DNA of 64,000 nt from Catonella sp. (GCF_052169795.1 NZ_JBQNBU010000001.1:6477-70476); one strand, 5' to 3'. Counted from the first letter of the stretch, positions 29,717 to 39,417 are shown. The notes: generated by a model from the sequence alone, not told the origin. Numbers and translations: made by a program.

Positions 29717-29872
29717 AAAGAGGCAGTAGTTTGCCTCTTTTCTTTAATAGGGAATTTTGACGAAATTCCCTATTAAAGAAAAATCTCTCCGAGGGATCGC
29801 ACTGTGGCGACTATGTAGATGTCGCTTATGCGACTCGCCACAGGCGAAGAATACTGCAAAGCAGTATTCTTT
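29717..29872. repeat. Cluster of palindromes (terminator plus REP-like elements) upstream of ilvA
   Basis: AAAGAGGCA/TGCCTCTTT; perfect 20-bp inverted repeat 29738-29757/29763-29782; CTGTGGCGA...TCGCCACAG with nested GTCGC/GCGAC; AAGAATACTGC-aaa-GCAGTATTCTT. Confidence 0.7.
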
Positions 29873-29904
29873 ATTATGATACAAAAGAAGAATGAGGTAA
29901 GATT

Positions 29905-31125
29905 ATGATGACACTGGAGAAATTTGAGGAAGCTGCTGAGGCGGTAAAAAAAGTGGTTAACCCTACCAAACTTGTTTACAGCGAATATTTTTCAGCACAA
30001 AGTGGCAACAAGGTATACCTTAAACCTGAAAATATGCAGTATACAGGAGCTTATAAGGTAAGAGGAGCTTATTATAAGATAAGCACTCTTTCAGAAGATG
30101 ATAGAAACAAGGGGCTTATTACCGCTTCTGCAGGAAACCATGCCCAGGGAGTAGCCTATGCAGCTAAACTTTTTGGAGTTAAGGCAATAGTGGTTATGCC
30201 TACCACAACCCCTCTTATTAAGGTAAACCGTACCAAATCCTATGGTGCAGAGGTAATTCTCTATGGTGACATCTATGATGAGGCCTGTGCTTATGCACTT
30301 AAACTTGCTGAGGAAGATGGAATGACCTTTATTCATCCTTTTGATGATGAGGTAGTTGCTACAGGCCAGGGTACTATAGCAATGGAAATCTTCAAGGAAC
30401 TTCCGACAGTTGACTATATCCTTGTTCCAATAGGTGGTGGAGGACTTTGTGCAGGAGTATCCACGCTTGCAAAAATGCTTCATCCAAACGTGAAAATAAT
30501 TGGAGTAGAACCGGCAGGAGCAGCCTGTATGAAAGCATCGCTTGAAGCAGGTAAGGTTATAAGCCTTAATAAAGTAGAGACTATAGCAGATGGTACGGCA
30601 GTAAGGACTCCGGGAACCAATGTATTTCCATACATTAAAGAAAATGTTGATGAGATAATTACTGTTGAAGATGAGGAGCTTACCCTTAATTTTCTTGATA
30701 TGATAGAAAATCATAAGATGGTAGTTGAAAATTCAGGTCTGCTCACAGTTGCTGCAATAAATAAGCTTGGTGTACAGGGTAAGAAGGTGGTTTCCATAAT
30801 CAGTGGAGGTAATATAGATATAATTACTGTCTCTTCCATGGTTCAGCATGGTCTTAGACAGAGAGGGAGAATATTTACTGTATCTGTACTTCTTCCTGAC
30901 CGTCCGGGCGAGCTTGCGAGGGTATCCGAGGTAATAGCTGAGCTTAAGGGTAATGTTGTAAGGCTTGAGCATAACCAGTTTGTAAATATAAATAGAAATG
31001 CTGCGGTGGAGCTTATAATTACTATGGAAGCTTATGGAATGGAACATAAACAGGAAATAATAGACGGACTTGGTAAAAAGGGGTATAAGCCAAGAGAAGT
31101 AAGGGCTAAGGGGAGTCTTAATTAA
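29905..31125 (+). CDS. ilvA: Threonine ammonia-lyase with C-terminal ACT domain
   Basis: KPENMQYTGAYKVRGA, ASAGNHAQG, IGGGGL, SGGN, LPDRPGEL. Confidence 0.95.
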   Translation: MMTLEKFEEAAEAVKKVVNPTKLVYSEYFSAQSGNKVYLKPENMQYTGAYKVRGAYYKISTLSEDDRNKGLITASAGNHAQGVAYAAKLFGVKAIVVMPTTTPLIKVNRTKSYGAEVILYGDIYDEACAYALKLAEEDGMTFIHPFDDEVVATGQGTIAMEIFKELPTVDYILVPIGGGGLCAGVSTLAKMLHPNVKIIGVEPAGAACMKASLEAGKVISLNKVETIADGTAVRTPGTNVFPYIKENVDEIITVEDEELTLNFLDMIENHKMVVENSGLLTVAAINKLGVQGKKVVSIISGGNIDIITVSSMVQHGLRQRGRIFTVSVLLPDRPGELARVSEVIAELKGNVVRLEHNQFVNINRNAAVELIITMEAYGMEHKQEIIDGLGKKGYKPREVRAKGSLN

Positions 31126-31270
31126 ATTTAAACTGAATTATTGGACAGCTGTAGTCGCAGCTGAAAGCCACATAATTACTGAATTCACAAAAATATGAAA
31201 TGTTTTCAAACATAATGAAACTACAGCAATAGCCGGAATGTCAGTAAATTGCGAAGGTTGATGATATCAA

Positions 31271-32056
31271 GTGAAAAATTTCGAAAGGAGTTGTATAAAA
31301 CTGGACTTTTTAGTTATATTTAGATATTTTGCTATATTTTTATCTGGCTCAATAATTGGCAGCTGTGTAAATATCTGTATTTGCCGAATGCCGGTAAACA
31401 GGGCGATAATGTTGAAACCATCACAGTGTATGATATGTGGACATAAACTTAGCCTGATTGACCGGATTCCTATATTTTCATATATTTTTTTAAAAGGAAG
31501 ATGCAGGTGGTGTAAATGTTCTATATCATTTCAATATCCTATAATTGAAGCAATTAACGGATTGCTCTCTGTATTGATTTTTTTGATAAACGGATTCACT
31601 GCAGAGTCCGTTATTTTTTCTTTATTCGCATCAGCACTCATAGTAATTGCAGTTATAGATTGGAAAACATATGAGATTCCAATTAAAGTAAATATTTTTA
31701 TATTATGCCTTGGAATTTTGAGGATAGTTTTAGATATCAAGCGTTTTCAAATCTATTTTATTGGTTTTTTTGGTATCAGTGCATTATTGCTTGTAATTTA
31801 TTTTGCTACTGCAGGTAGGGCAATCGGAGGAGGAGATATTAAATTAATGGCTGTAGCAGGTCTTATTCTAGGGTGGCAGCTTATAATATTGGCTTTTTTT
31901 ATTGGCTGTATATTAGGATCAATAATTCATATTATTCGTATGAGGGCTTTTGGGGAGGGAAAGGTTCTTGCTATGGGACCTTATTTGTCAGCAGGAATAC
32001 TTATAGCTATGATGTGGGGGAATAATGCTATTGATTGGTATTTAAATGTTTTGTAA
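31271..32056 (+). CDS. Prepilin peptidase (A24 family); start uncertain (GTG 31271 or CTG 31301)
   Basis: Two CxxC motifs (CMIC, CRWC), LKGRCR, AVIDWK and GGGDIKL aspartates, MGPYL. Confidence 0.88.
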   Translation: MKNFERSCIKLDFLVIFRYFAIFLSGSIIGSCVNICICRMPVNRAIMLKPSQCMICGHKLSLIDRIPIFSYIFLKGRCRWCKCSISFQYPIIEAINGLLSVLIFLINGFTAESVIFSLFASALIVIAVIDWKTYEIPIKVNIFILCLGILRIVLDIKRFQIYFIGFFGISALLLVIYFATAGRAIGGGDIKLMAVAGLILGWQLIILAFFIGCILGSIIHIIRMRAFGEGKVLAMGPYLSAGILIAMMWGNNAIDWYLNVL

Positions 32057-32134
32057 GCCTTGTCATAATGATTTTTGTTTAATCTGTATAGTCAAGTTTA
32101 AAAACTTTGTATAATTTGCTTATTGCAGATGACA

Positions 32135-32199
32135 AAGATGGTTAGCTTATCTTGCCTATATGAAAGTTCACTTTCAATATAGGCAAATGCAGCTAACCA
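32135..32199. repeat. Three-tiered hairpin repeat, copy A (63/65 identical to 61725-61789)
   Basis: AAGATGGTTAGCTTATCTTGCCTATATGAAAGTTCACTTTCAATATAGGCAAATGCAGCTAACCA. Confidence 0.9.
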
Positions 32200-32327
32200 T
32201 TAATATATATGGCAATAAGTAATAAAGAACAGATTAAAGTGCTGTATGAAATGCTTATAAAGAAAGAGTATGACAAAATGCTGGAGCACATTAAAGGGCT
32301 TGAAAGGACATGCATAGCAGAAAATAA

Positions 32328-32618
32328 ATCGTAGATAAAAATGTAGTTGTATCTGTTGATGGAAAGAAAATAGCAGAGTATCCCCTTAAAAAAGATGCAA
32401 AGTATGAACTTAGCGGCTCTCATTTGGGAACAAATACTCTTGTCATACAGTCGGGGAAAGCATATATTTCTGAAGCAAATTGTCCGGATAAACAATGTAT
32501 GAAGCAGGGAAAGATAAGTAGGGCAGGAGAAATGCTTGTCTGCCTTCCAAACAGAGTTGTAGTCAAGATAATTGACAATAAAAAGGATGAACCTGTTATA
32601 GATGGAGTTTCAGGCTAG
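32328..32618 (+). pseudogene. NusG domain II (DUF1312)-like gene lacking its N-terminal start and membrane anchor
   Basis: Frame reads VVVSVDGKKIAEYPL...NTLVI...EANCPDKQCMKQGKIS...LVCLPNRVVV, but an in-frame TAA at 32325 lies upstream and there is no start codon or hydrophobic N-terminus. Confidence 0.7.
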
Positions 32619-32627
32619 GAGGATAGG

Positions 32628-33121
32628 GTGGCAAAAAGAGTTTCGCTTTATGGAATACTGATAGCACTGGCTTTTATAGCAAGCTATATAGAGGTGCTTA
32701 TTCCATTTAATTTTCATGTACCGGGTATGAAGCTGGGGCTTGCCAATATAGTTGTACTTATAGCTCTTTATACGGGTGGGGCAAGAGCAGGAATTTCGGT
32801 TTCTGTAATTAGGATAGTTTTAGTTGGATTTACTTTTGGCAATCCTTACAGTGCAATTTATGGGCTTTCGGGTGGAATTTTAAGCTTTGTGATTATGCTT
32901 ATTCTAAAAAAACAGATTTCTTTGGGATAGCTGGAGTCAGTATGGCAGGAGGAGTAGCACACAACATAGGTCAGCTTTTTTGTGCAATGGTACTGTTAAG
33001 GCTACCTGCTGTTTTTTCTTATCTTTCTTATCTTATTTTCATTGGTGTTGTTACCGGAATTATGATTGGAATAATTGCCGGAGAAATACTTAAAAGAGTA
33101 ATCAAAATGAAGAATAATTAA
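32628..33121 (+). pseudogene. Gx transporter family (heptaprenyl-PP synthase component I-like) gene with a frameshift at the A7 tract 32906-32912
   Basis: PGMKLGLANIV...RIVLVG in frame 0; the expected GVSMAGGVAHNIGQL...GVVTGIMIG continues in the -1 frame to TAA at 33119-33121. Confidence 0.85.
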
Positions 33122-33317
33122 TAATCAGTATTGATAATTTTGTTAGGTTACATAAAGTTAAAAGTATAAAAAAATGAATATCAAATGATAAAACTAAAAC
33201 TAAAAATATGAAAAAAATATAGATAAAATCTTGCTAAATTATAATTGATTCAAACAAAATTTTAAAATTCATTATAAATAGAATAAAATAAAATTAGTGC
33301 AAAATATACAAAGAAAC

Positions 33318-33362
33318 TTGACAAAATCAATATTCTGTATTAGTATTATTTGTAAGGTTACA
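33318..33362 (+). promoter_or_regulatory. Promoter plus palindromic operator of the ABC/GH18/GH29 operon
   Basis: TTGACA-17-TAGTAT; TGTAAGGTTACA palindrome at 33351-33362; a near-identical TGTTAGGTTACA at 33141-33152. Confidence 0.6.
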
Positions 33363-33475
33363 AATTGCAAGAGTTAAACTAAATATAAATTTCTTAAAAT
33401 TATTCATAAAATATCTTGATAAATATCTTAATTAAGCTATAGGATTATATTTGACAGGAAAGAGGGAGGAAATAA

Positions 33476-34417
33476 ATGCTTATTGCTTCAAAAACAGCAG
33501 TACCTAAAGTGAGAAAGCCTCCTTTGGGGAAAAGGATAAAAAAGACTTGGCAGTTATGGATATTTATGCTTCCGGCACTTGTAGGGCTTATAGTGTTCTC
33601 ATATGTACCTATGTACGGTATTGTTCTTGCGTGGAAAGACTATAGTCCTATAGATGGAATTTTAGGGAGCCGTAATGTAGGCTTTGCCCATTTTACAAGA
33701 TTTTTCCGTTCACCTTATTTTGTTGATATTATAAGGAACACCATTGTAATAAGCTTATATGGAATGGTAGTGGGTTTTCCGATTCCTATTTTGCTGGCGC
33801 TTGGGCTTAACCAAATAAGAAACCTGAAATTCAAAAAGTTTATACAGACAGTGACTTATGCTCCGTATTTTATTTCAACAGTAGTTATGGTAGGAATAAT
33901 AAACATAGTTTTCGCAGAAAAAGGTTTTGTAAATCAGTTTATTTCCTTATTTGGAGAAGAATCCATACTATTTATGGGAAGTGTTAAGTACTGGAGACAT
34001 ATTTATGTGTGGTCAGGTGTATGGCAGAGCATGGGTTGGAATGCCATAATATATATAGCTGCACTTGCAGGAGTAAGTCCAGAGCTGCATGAAGCGGCTA
34101 TAATAGATGGTGCAACAAAGTTTCAAAGGATAAAATATATTGACCTGCCATCCATTTCTCCAACAATTGTTATAACACTTATACTTAGTGCGGGCTCAAT
34201 TATGAGTGTAGGATTTGAAAAAGCCTTTCTTATGCAGAATTCTCTGAATGCAGAAGTATCTGAGATAATTGCTACATATATCTATAAGGTTGGTCTGATT
34301 TCAGGAGAATATGGTTTTTCTACAGCTGTAGGCTTATTTAACTCGGTTATAAACTGTATTTTGTTACTAAGTGTTAATAAAATAGCCAAAAAGATGGGGC
34401 ATAGCTCAATCTGGTAA
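33476..34417 (+). CDS. Carbohydrate ABC transporter permease (LplB-like)
   Basis: YVPMYG, TYAPYFISTVV, GWNAIIYIAAL, EAAIIDGA motif. Confidence 0.93.
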   Translation: MLIASKTAVPKVRKPPLGKRIKKTWQLWIFMLPALVGLIVFSYVPMYGIVLAWKDYSPIDGILGSRNVGFAHFTRFFRSPYFVDIIRNTIVISLYGMVVGFPIPILLALGLNQIRNLKFKKFIQTVTYAPYFISTVVMVGIINIVFAEKGFVNQFISLFGEESILFMGSVKYWRHIYVWSGVWQSMGWNAIIYIAALAGVSPELHEAAIIDGATKFQRIKYIDLPSISPTIVITLILSAGSIMSVGFEKAFLMQNSLNAEVSEIIATYIYKVGLISGEYGFSTAVGLFNSVINCILLLSVNKIAKKMGHSSIW

Positions 34418-34437
34418 TCAGAGTGGAGGAAATAGAA

Positions 34438-35346
34438 ATGTATATTTTTGGGAAAGCGTTCGCAAAACAAGGAAGGTCAGATAAAATTTTTGATGTGATA
34501 AATTATACATTTATGATATTGATTTTACTGATAGTACTATATCCGCTTTATTTTGTGCTGATAGCTTCTTTCAGTTCTCCTAATGAGGTTGCAGCGGGTA
34601 AAGTAACATTTTGGACAAAAGGCTTTAACATAAAGGGTTATACAGAGATATTTAAGTTTACGAAAATATGGACAGGCTATTTAAACAGTCTTATATATAT
34701 GATAGTCGGTACTGCTATAAATCTGATAGCTACCATACCTGCCGCCTTTGCGTTTTCAAGAAAAGAAATGGTTGGTTCAAAGTTTCTGTTATTTTTATTT
34801 ACATTTACTATGTTTTTTGGAGGAGGTCTTATTCCAAGTTATCTGCTTATACAGTCATTGCATTTATATAACACAATATGGGCACTTACCCTTCCGGGAG
34901 CAGTAAGTGTATATAATCTTATTGTAGCAAGGACATTTTTTGAACTTAATATACCAAATGAACTTTATGAAGCTTCTACTGTAGACGGATGTGATTATTT
35001 TAAGTATTTTTTCAAGGTGGTACTTCCTATTTCAAAACCGGTAATTGCAGTAATGCTGCTGATTTATGCGGTAGGTCACTGGAACTCATACTTCAGTGCA
35101 CTTATTTATATAAAAGATAACTGGAAAATGCCTTTACAGGTAGTACTCAGGGAGATACTTATACAATCAACAAGTGTAACTAACTTAAGCAATGCAAGTA
35201 TGGAAAGGCTTGAAGACCAAAGACAGCTTGCAGAACTTATAAAATACGGGGTAATAATTGTTTCCTCACTGCCGGTGCTTATTATGTATCCTTTTGTACA
35301 GAAACACTTTATTAAAGGTATGATGTTGGGGGCTGTAAAGGGTTAA
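34438..35346 (+). CDS. Carbohydrate ABC transporter permease (LplC-like)
   Basis: TMFFGGGLIPSY, EASTVDG, WNSYF, YPFVQKHFIKGMMLGAVKG. Confidence 0.93.
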   Translation: MYIFGKAFAKQGRSDKIFDVINYTFMILILLIVLYPLYFVLIASFSSPNEVAAGKVTFWTKGFNIKGYTEIFKFTKIWTGYLNSLIYMIVGTAINLIATIPAAFAFSRKEMVGSKFLLFLFTFTMFFGGGLIPSYLLIQSLHLYNTIWALTLPGAVSVYNLIVARTFFELNIPNELYEASTVDGCDYFKYFFKVVLPISKPVIAVMLLIYAVGHWNSYFSALIYIKDNWKMPLQVVLREILIQSTSVTNLSNASMERLEDQRQLAELIKYGVIIVSSLPVLIMYPFVQKHFIKGMMLGAVKG

Positions 35347-35383
35347 ACCTTAAAAATAAATCTATATAAACAGGAGGGAAAGC

Positions 35384-37003
35384 ATGAGAAGAAAATTCAA
35401 AATGTTGGCTGTATCTATGGCGATGTTAATGGCACTTACTGCCTGTTCCGGGGGAGGAGGCAAGACGGCTTCAAATGGAGTTAAATCATCTACAGGTGAT
35501 GAAAAAGTAAGCAGTGCAAAGACAAGCAATACAGGAAGTATGGCAAATGAGGCAGCAAAAGAAGGATTTCCTGTAGTTAAAGATGCTTTAAGCTTTACCG
35601 CAGTAGGTTATGGTGAGCCGGGCTGTGGTGAATGGGAAGATTATCCTATTTTTAAGGAAATTGAGAAAAATTGCAATATTGATGTAGATTGGACAACAAT
35701 AAGTGGTGATGGTGCAGATGAGAAACTTGGTCTTATTCTTTCATCAAATGAACTTCCTGATATGGTATTTTCAGGCCTTAGTACTACTAAGGTAGTAAAT
35801 TATGCTTCAAAAGGTATAATAAGGCAGATGGAAGATCTTATAGAGGCAGGATACGCACCTAACTTAAAAAAGATACTGGACAAAACTCCTGAGATACGCA
35901 AGGCTATAACAATGCCGGATGGACATATTTATGTATTACCTGCAATAAATGAGAATGCCGATCCTGTACCTACAACTACACTTAATATAAACAAAGCATG
36001 GTGTGATAAATTAGGTGTGAAACCTGAAGATATTAAAACTGTAGCTGATTTTGAAAATCTTATGAAGCGTTTTGTGGAAGAAGATCCTAATGGAAATGGT
36101 GAAAAAGACGAAAAAGGCTTTACATTTGAGCCTACACCTCCTTACCATGTATGGAATGGTGATGCCGATTTCAGTGGAGCATGGGGGATTACCACTGATT
36201 GGGATCCTATTATGGTAAAAGAGGATAAGATAGTTTGTGCAGTTACACAGGATGGATATAAGGACTATGTAAAATGGTTTGCAGGTATGTATGAGAAGGG
36301 ATATATTGACAAAGAAGTATTTACCCACGACCATAATCAGTATATGGCTAAAATAGACAGTGGAAATGTAGGAGCTTATCTTACTAACGGTCCTGTTACT
36401 TCTGCAAAGGTTGAATATGTAACTATTCCTCCACTTGAAGGACCTGCAGGAAGACTGTGGGGCTGTGAGGACTTTTCTATAGATAAGGGAAGAGGACTGA
36501 TAACTACAGCTTGCAAGAACCCTGAAGCAGCTATGCGTTTTATAGACTCTTTCTATGAACCTGTAACTTCTTTGAGATTACAGCATGGAAGTTATTTAAA
36601 TGAAACAGGTGACGGTAAATTTGAAATTCTTCCTAGTGAGAGCGGAAAAAGCCCACAGGCTCCAGGACCTTATGTAGCTAAAGATAAGTCAAAAGAAGTT
36701 GTAGAAAAATATCTTACAAAGACAGAAGACCAGATTAAGGCTGATGAAAGACAGAAATTGTATACTCCACATCTTATGAAGCCTCTTCCTCTTATGAATT
36801 ATAGCCCTGATGAAGCTAACGAACTGTCAACCTTGTCCACAGATATATCAAAGGTTGTAAATGAGCAGAAAGCAAAATGGTGCACAGGTCAAGGAGATAT
36901 AGACAAAGAATGGGATGCTTATATAGAATCACTCAATAAGATTGGGCTTGAAAGATATATGGAAATACATAATGCTGCATATTCAAGGTTTTTGAATAGC
37001 TGA
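35384..37003 (+). CDS. Carbohydrate ABC transporter substrate-binding lipoprotein
   Basis: Lipobox LTAC, DPNGNG..DE motif, WDAYIESLNKIGL C-terminus. Confidence 0.92.
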   Translation: MRRKFKMLAVSMAMLMALTACSGGGGKTASNGVKSSTGDEKVSSAKTSNTGSMANEAAKEGFPVVKDALSFTAVGYGEPGCGEWEDYPIFKEIEKNCNIDVDWTTISGDGADEKLGLILSSNELPDMVFSGLSTTKVVNYASKGIIRQMEDLIEAGYAPNLKKILDKTPEIRKAITMPDGHIYVLPAINENADPVPTTTLNINKAWCDKLGVKPEDIKTVADFENLMKRFVEEDPNGNGEKDEKGFTFEPTPPYHVWNGDADFSGAWGITTDWDPIMVKEDKIVCAVTQDGYKDYVKWFAGMYEKGYIDKEVFTHDHNQYMAKIDSGNVGAYLTNGPVTSAKVEYVTIPPLEGPAGRLWGCEDFSIDKGRGLITTACKNPEAAMRFIDSFYEPVTSLRLQHGSYLNETGDGKFEILPSESGKSPQAPGPYVAKDKSKEVVEKYLTKTEDQIKADERQKLYTPHLMKPLPLMNYSPDEANELSTLSTDISKVVNEQKAKWCTGQGDIDKEWDAYIESLNKIGLERYMEIHNAAYSRFLNS

Positions 37004-37084
37004 TAAAATTTATAGGATACAAGTGTCAAATACTTTTGACATTATAATCTTTATAGGAATGCTTAGAACAGGCAGAGGATATTT

Positions 37085-38128
37085 ATGAAAAGAAAAAAAC
37101 TTATAGGTTATGTAAGTACAAAGGATCTTTCTTTTCTAAGTGTATCTGATATAAGAGCACTTGATGTCATAAACTTAGCATTCGGACATATAAGTAACGG
37201 GTGCGTAATTTACGCACCCGATTGTTTGCTTGAGGAATATGTGCGAATAAGAAAAGAAAATCCGGAATGTAAAATTATATTATCAATAGGAGGCTGGAGT
37301 GCAGGCGGTTTTTCTGAGGCGGCTTCTAGCAAAGATGGTAGAGAAAAATTTGCATCATCTGCTGTGGAAATAGTAAAGCAGTATGAACTTGACGGAATTG
37401 ATATAGACTGGGAATATCCCTGCATAGCTACAGCGGGAATAGCAGCATCGCCGGATGACAGGGAAAATTTTACAAAGCTTATAAAAACTGCGAGAGAAAC
37501 ACTTACTTCTATGTGTAACAGCGATAAAATGCTTACCATAGCAGCGGGAGCAGGGGAGTATTATATAAACTCGACAAAAATGGGAGAAGTAGCGAAATAT
37601 TTAGACTATGTACAGCTTATGACCTACGATTTAAGAGGTGGTTATCATATCTGTACAGGACATCACACCAATCTTTTAAATGATAAAAAAGATATTTCAC
37701 AGACGAGTGCAGAAAATGCAGTGAAATGTTTTGAAAATGCAGGAGTTCCGAGAGAAAAACTTATACTTGGTGCAGCCTATTATTCCAGGATGTGGACAGG
37801 AGTACCTGACAGGGAAAATGGTCTTCATCAGATGGCAGAAAGTACAGGAGGTTATGGACCTTCATATGGACAGCTTGTTGGTGAATATATAAATAAAAAC
37901 GGATATAAAAGATTTTTTGATGAGGAAGCAAGAGCACCTTGGCTGTTTAACGGAGATACATTTATAAGTTATGATGATGAAGAATCCTGCAGGGAAAAAG
38001 CAGAATATGTGGTTTGTAATGGACTGGGAGGAATAATGTTTTGGGAATACAGACTTGATGAAACCAGAAGCCTCACAGGTGTTCTAAGAAAAGCTCTTGA
38101 TACAGTTGATATTGGAGAAAACTTATGA
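37085..38128 (+). CDS. GH18 chitinase / endo-beta-N-acetylglucosaminidase-like hydrolase (no signal peptide)
   Basis: SIGGW, DGIDIDWEYP (DxDxE), LMTYD, GGIMFWE. Confidence 0.92.
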   Translation: MKRKKLIGYVSTKDLSFLSVSDIRALDVINLAFGHISNGCVIYAPDCLLEEYVRIRKENPECKIILSIGGWSAGGFSEAASSKDGREKFASSAVEIVKQYELDGIDIDWEYPCIATAGIAASPDDRENFTKLIKTARETLTSMCNSDKMLTIAAGAGEYYINSTKMGEVAKYLDYVQLMTYDLRGGYHICTGHHTNLLNDKKDISQTSAENAVKCFENAGVPREKLILGAAYYSRMWTGVPDRENGLHQMAESTGGYGPSYGQLVGEYINKNGYKRFFDEEARAPWLFNGDTFISYDDEESCREKAEYVVCNGLGGIMFWEYRLDETRSLTGVLRKALDTVDIGENL

Positions 38129-39417
38129 AAGAATGGTTTAAAAAGGCAAAATTAGGCTTATTTATACATTATGGTATATATGCAGTTAAAGGAGTGGCTG
38201 AATCATGGTCATTTTATAATGGACAGATTTCATATGAAGATTATATGGCACAGGCAGAAGGATTTACAGCATCAAAACTTGATATGAAAGACTGGGCGGA
38301 ACTTGCAGTAGCAGCAGGAGCAAAGTATGCGGTATTTACGACTAAGCACCATGACGGCATGGCTCTTTTTGATACAAAATACTCAGAACTTAACATTCTA
38401 AAAAAAACACCTGCAAAGAGAGATTTGGTTAGAGAATATGTAGAAGCATTTAGAGAAAGAGATGTTAAAATAGGGCTTTATTACTCTCTTATAGACTGGT
38501 CACACCCGGATTATGCAAGTGTGTATCAAGGTGGAATTATACCGGTGGATAAGTCTGCTTGTAATCCTTTCAGTTCTCCTAAAGACGATATGCAGGATGA
38601 AGAAAGATGGAACAAGTTCTTAGAATTTGATAGAAATCAGTTACGAGAGCTTTTAACAAACTATGGAAGTGTGGATTTGCTTTGGTTTGACGGTGACTGG
38701 GAGAGAAGTGCCGAGCAGTGGGGGCTTCCGGAGTTTAAGGAATATCTGCTTTCGTTTAATAAAGACATTATTATTAACTCAAGGCTTGCAGGTTATGGAG
38801 ATTATCTTACTCCTGAACAGGGACTGCCGGTAAAAAGACCTAAGGGGACTTGGGAATTTTGTACTACAATAAATGATTCTTGGGGATATCAGCATAAGGA
38901 CAATCATTATAAAAGTGCAGGGCAGGTAATAAGACTTTTTGTTGATACTATAACAATGGGCGGAAATCTTTTGTTAGATATAGGGCCAAAGGAAGACGGA
39001 ACTGTAGATGAAAGACAGGTAGAAATACTTAAATCTCTTGGAAATTTTATAAAAGAAAATGAAGAAGCTGTTTATGAAACTAAGGCGGGACTTCCTTATG
39101 AATATTTCGCAGGAGGGAGTACGATGTCAGAGGATGAAAAGAATTTATATCTTTTTGTTTATGATATTCCAAGAAATGGAATCTGCATAAAGGGATTGTG
39201 TAATAAAATTAAAGATGTTAAGATACTTGAGAATGGTAAAGAGCTTGCACATGATACATATGGAGGTGCTCCATGGTTTAATATACCAGGACTTACATGG
39301 ATTTTTCTTGAGCCTGCTGATTGTGGAAAATATATGACGGTTTTAAAGGTGGAATTTGATGAAGCTGTTAAGCTGTATGAGGGTGAAGGAGCTGTAATAA
39401 GCCATAATGAAGCTTGA
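38125..39417 (+). CDS. GH29 alpha-L-fucosidase family
   Basis: WFKKAKLGLFIHYG, TTKHHDG, LLWFDG, GGNLLLDIGP. Confidence 0.92.
   Translation: MKEWFKKAKLGLFIHYGIYAVKGVAESWSFYNGQISYEDYMAQAEGFTASKLDMKDWAELAVAAGAKYAVFTTKHHDGMALFDTKYSELNILKKTPAKRDLVREYVEAFRERDVKIGLYYSLIDWSHPDYASVYQGGIIPVDKSACNPFSSPKDDMQDEERWNKFLEFDRNQLRELLTNYGSVDLLWFDGDWERSAEQWGLPEFKEYLLSFNKDIIINSRLAGYGDYLTPEQGLPVKRPKGTWEFCTTINDSWGYQHKDNHYKSAGQVIRLFVDTITMGGNLLLDIGPKEDGTVDERQVEILKSLGNFIKENEEAVYETKAGLPYEYFAGGSTMSEDEKNLYLFVYDIPRNGICIKGLCNKIKDVKILENGKELAHDTYGGAPWFNIPGLTWIFLEPADCGKYMTVLKVEFDEAVKLYEGEGAVISHNEA

Noticed and set aside
31126..31270. c-di-GMP riboswitch before the prepilin peptidase
   Set aside because: Lacks the GGCAAA/GCAAA core of class I and the class II consensus; only a generic stem is visible.
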